Part shown: positions 61,814-64,000 of the stretch, piece by piece
Layout: the number at the start of each line of letters is the position of its first letter
Position numbering within the stretch: the first letter of the stretch is position 1
DNA from: Centroscyllium fabricii
Taxonomy: Eukaryota
Assembly: GCA_051313645.2 (NCBI GenBank)
Contig: JBNRSN020000015.1
Location: 125,922,001 to 125,986,000, forward strand
DNA: 64,000 nt
Direction: 5' to 3'
Notes under the pieces: generated by a model
What the model saw: the letters and a program-made list of their open reading frames with translations, nothing else
What the model was told of the DNA's origin: nothing
Databases searched by the model: none
Made by a program: the position numbers and the translations under genes

Positions 61814-62836
61814 GGGGAGGGGAATTTCCTCGGGCTGTGAGGGCGTGTTTACGTCGGGGCGGGGCTTTAAATCCCGAAACTGGGGGGGGGGGGGTCCCGA
61901 CCCATCCCGCCGGATCCCCACCGCTTTGCAGTTTTTGGCCAGCGTCTCTAGCCAGCCTGAATCTTTCCCGCCCACCACCGGCGGGGTTGGTCGTTGAGCT
62001 CATTAGGGGCCCTTAATTGCCATGGGTAATCCCATTTTAAGGGCCCCTCGCAATTTTTGAACCCTTCCCACCCATCCCCGCCATCGTGAAACCCCGCCGG
62101 TGAAACCTAGCAGGATCATTGTCAGCTTGGTCACTTTCACCTTCAAGGCATTGAAGCTCCTGTAGCAGAATGCCTTCCAGGCCTTCAACACCCTGGAGGT
62201 GTAAGTGACTCCCTTGTCTGAGCAGCAGCTGTGGAAAAAATCTTACACACACTCATCGTGAGCACCGCTGCGAGCTGGTCAGCGCAGTATTAACTGTTAT
62301 TCTATTTTTATTATTATCTTTTTCTTGTAATTTTTTATTATTATTGCACTTATTGTATTTATTGTTAATTTAAATAGTACAGTCATGGAGCTTGTGATTA
62401 AGCATTTCACTGCACTTTATATATGTATAATAATGTATGTGATGAATAAAACTACTACTACCTGACAGATGCATTGAAATACTTCACAGAGAGACGGCCC
62501 CTAACTGAGAGCTTTCCAGCAAGGCCTTAGACCTGTCACTCAACCCACTTGGGCTTTGAGATTGGTTGCACTCCATTGGGATGTCACAATGCACTGTTTC
62601 CATTGAAACTAACAACACACAGTCCTTACCCCTGTCAATCAAACCTTCGGCTGTCAGATGCAGCTCCGTCATTTTCTGACTGGAATCAGTCAATTGGCAG
62701 GGGCTCTGACACATGGGCAATTAATTGGCTAATTAAGCCAAAATTGCATGGGGCTCCCAGGCCCTTGAACATTCGTGTCAGAAACCTGATCCACCCAAAA
62801 CCCGCCAGCTTCCCACACCTTTGCGAAAATCCCCCC
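61814..62836 (+). mobile_element. Harbinger-like MITE, family H3 copy 2, containing an AT-rich LINE 3' tail (about 62250-62460)
   Basis: Colinear with 13973-15199, G-run/C-run termini, flanks CAT/CAG. The insert ends AATAAA(ACT)n. Confidence 0.75.
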
Positions 62837-63439
62837 CAGAATCTCTGTTTTAAGGTGAGCCCTTGCACTGAAGGCTCACCAAACCTCTTCCCTCAGCAGA
62901 AATCAGATGGCTGCTGCATCTGAGAATACCTATCGATCTCAGCCTTGAATATAGCAGCAGCCATTCTGTTATCTCTGCCATTGAGCTAAGGCACCTCCGG
63001 ATTCCCAGGGTTGGAGCCTGCAGGAAGAAGCAAAGGTAAGGAAACTTTTATTAACACTTTACACTCACCTCTCCTACTTACCTCTCCAGACTTGCACCCA
63101 TCACTCACCTCTACAGCAGACCTTACGATCCCTCTCACCCCCACTGACCCACTGCTCACCTCGCCGACCCTGGCAAAGCTCACAGCCATCGGGAAGCCTG
63201 CACTTGCAGGGGTGAAATGGGGATAAGGCTCAAAACTGCCTGTTAACAGGCAGTTAAATGGCTCTAATCCCCTTCCAGCCTAGAGGAGATGTGTCCCTGC
63301 GCGAGTCGGGGACCCACCTCCCGGGAAGATAGCACGGAGGTGGGTTGGGGCGGGTTAGGTATCTGCTCCCAGTATCTGCCATTTTTCCGGCAGTCCAGCC
63401 TCCATACCCACCTCCACAGGGCTGGTAAAATTACCCCCT

Positions 63440-64000
63440 TACTGACATTGAATTCCACTTGATAGTTTTTAGCCTGTTCTCCCATCTTATCAATACAGCT
63501 TGCAGCTGCCTTTGGTCATCTAAAGAATTAATCATACCTCCTATTTTGGTAATGCTTGCAAATCTTGACCCCATTCTCTCTAGCTCCATATCAAAATCAC
63601 TGGTATGCTCAGTGAATAGAAGTGGCCCCAGAACTGAACTCTGAGGGACACCACTAAGCACTTCCAATCATTCTGAACAACTGGCCCCAACTCTTAATCT
63701 CGGTTTACACCCTTTTTGTTAATTCACTTTGCTATTATCCCCTAATTCTACACCCCTTAATCTTCTCTTGTAATCGCCCATGCGGTACCTGATCAAAGGC
63801 TTTCCTTAAGTCTGTGTACACCACATCCACTGCATTTCTCCCCCTTCCCCCACCACCCCATCCCATCTAGCATGTTGGTTCCCTGCATCCACAGCCCTCT
63901 GGGGGAGAGAATTATAATGATTGACAACCCTCTGAGTGAAGAAATTCCTCCTCATCTCAGTCTTAAATGGCCGACCCCTTATTCTGAGACTGTGCCCCCT
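63440..64000 (-). mobile_element. Old CR1 fragments
   Basis: SGVPQSSVLGPLLF. A 3' piece runs off the window edge. Confidence 0.75.

Noticed and set aside
13920-64000. SYT9 first coding exon and promoter
   Set aside because: No N-terminal Cys-motif peptide found by eye, and the CpG-rich stretches are all transposon-derived. A short exon could have been missed.

Overview
Eukaryotic, repeat-saturated intronic DNA. It is most likely a cartilaginous fish (shark/ray), inferred from HE1-type V-SINEs, Deu-domain SINEs and dense CR1 LINEs. The only host gene I can support is synaptotagmin-9 (SYT9) on the minus strand, seen as two phase-compatible coding exons (13568-13919 and 5860-6403). I did not find exon 1 or exon 4 onward in the window. 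The rest is mostly nested transposons: CR1, L2 and Rex1-like LINE fragments, three SINE families each sharing a 3' tail with a resident LINE, a decayed full-length Gypsy element, two pol-less LTR elements, Tigger-like and PIF/Harbinger-like MITEs, and Penelope-like remnants. Four signals stand out: (1) about ten minimal hammerhead-ribozyme motifs in two families, including a TSD-flanked fold-back with a ribozyme on each strand; (2) an LTR element whose PBS position is a perfect 15-nt complement of its own poly(A)-signal region rather than of a tRNA; (3) a three-way-junction RNA module inserted in the 3' UTR of one CR1 subfamily; (4) a visible SINE tail swap. Everything was read by eye. Family names come from recalled motifs, not database searches, and repeat boundaries are approximate unless a TSD is quoted.
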